Shown piece by piece: positions 63,373-64,000 of a stretch of 64,000 nt of DNA. The stretch is from Tubiluchus corallicola (lineage: Eukaryota > Animalia > Priapulida). A program made the position numbers and the translations under genes. Location: the NCBI GenBank assembly GCA_030141605.1, contig JAQGDQ010000460.1, positions 1-64,000 on the forward strand. The letters run 5' to 3'. Below the pieces are notes generated by a model, which saw only the letters and a program-made list of their open reading frames with translations, made no database searches and was not told where the DNA came from. The stretch's first letter is position 1, and each line of letters opens with the position of its first letter.

Positions 63373-63906
63373 GCCTACGGTAAGCCACCAGCCATAATCC
63401 GTGGTAGGCATCTTATAAGCCATTTTGAGTTGGTTCATAAGGCGCCTTATTGCAAAATGAATTTGGCCACTAATTTCACTTGCCGCAAGGCATTTTTGGT
63501 GATCGCTAACGGGATAATTAGAATATTTGTGGTTTTCATAGTGTACAATTCATTTATATCATAAGCATTCATAACATCGAAGTACTATAAATACATAAAA
63601 ACATGTTTAACCCACAATACATATTTACAACTGCCGTGTTACTACAACGCACATAAGACACGTATACTACATTATACAATGTACATGACTGACAATCTGT
63701 TAATTCTAATAAAATGATTTGACGTATCGAACTCTCATCAAAGCTGGCGTGGAACGAGTTCTCCAGGTGAAAATGAATTGTAAAACAAAGCAGTGTTAAC
63801 GCATGTGATAGTGGCGAGACCAGAACGTAGTTCATTAACAATTCTCTAAGAAGGATCACTGGCAAAAGTATCTTATCCATGTTCAGATAGAGTACATCCT
63901 CAACAT

Positions 63907-64000
63907 CAGGGTTCCCACAAAATTTTAAAATAAATTTCCCTGACTTTTCCCTGACCAAATATTAATTTTCCACGACCAAGATAAGCAGAAATTGCATTAC
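63907..64000. mobile_element. Terminus of a family K element running off the window
   Basis: CAGGGTTCCCACAAAATTTTAAAATAAATTTCCCTGAC... is the reverse complement of about 46282-46375. Confidence 0.7.

Overview
Eukaryotic (invertebrate-animal-like), AT-rich, intron-rich genomic DNA, not prokaryotic. I reconstructed five spliced genes by hand from splice sites and reading-frame phase. They are: the 3' end of an UNC-93-like MFS protein (+, 4246-7944); a complete C1QBP/p32 (-, 6 exons, 276 aa); a complete TMEM120/TACAN (+, 11 coding exons, 346 aa) lying head-to-head with C1QBP; a complete TRAF (+, 8 coding exons, about 467 aa, RING + 5 zinc fingers + MATH, with one GC-AG intron); and the last exon of a C-terminal FYVE protein (-, MTMR3/4-like). 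Introns and intergenic DNA are full of non-autonomous DNA transposons (TTAA/Kolobok-like, TA/Tc1-pogo-like, hAT-like with 8-bp TSDs, Helitron-like). There is also an internally deleted mariner, a CR1-type LINE remnant, tRNA-derived SINE heads and many minisatellites. I found no convincing new multi-gene system. The most unusual signals are: (i) a 74-bp triplication across the TMEM120 exon-5 splice acceptor that creates a competing stop-containing acceptor; (ii) a 5S-rRNA-headed, RTE-tailed SINE with a perfect 13-bp TSD; (iii) repeated local tandem amplifications that cut across functional boundaries (a transposon end, a tRNA-like Pol III head, a splice site); and (iv) inverted transposon pairs bracketing exons. 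Family assignments come from recognition of sequence, not from database searches.
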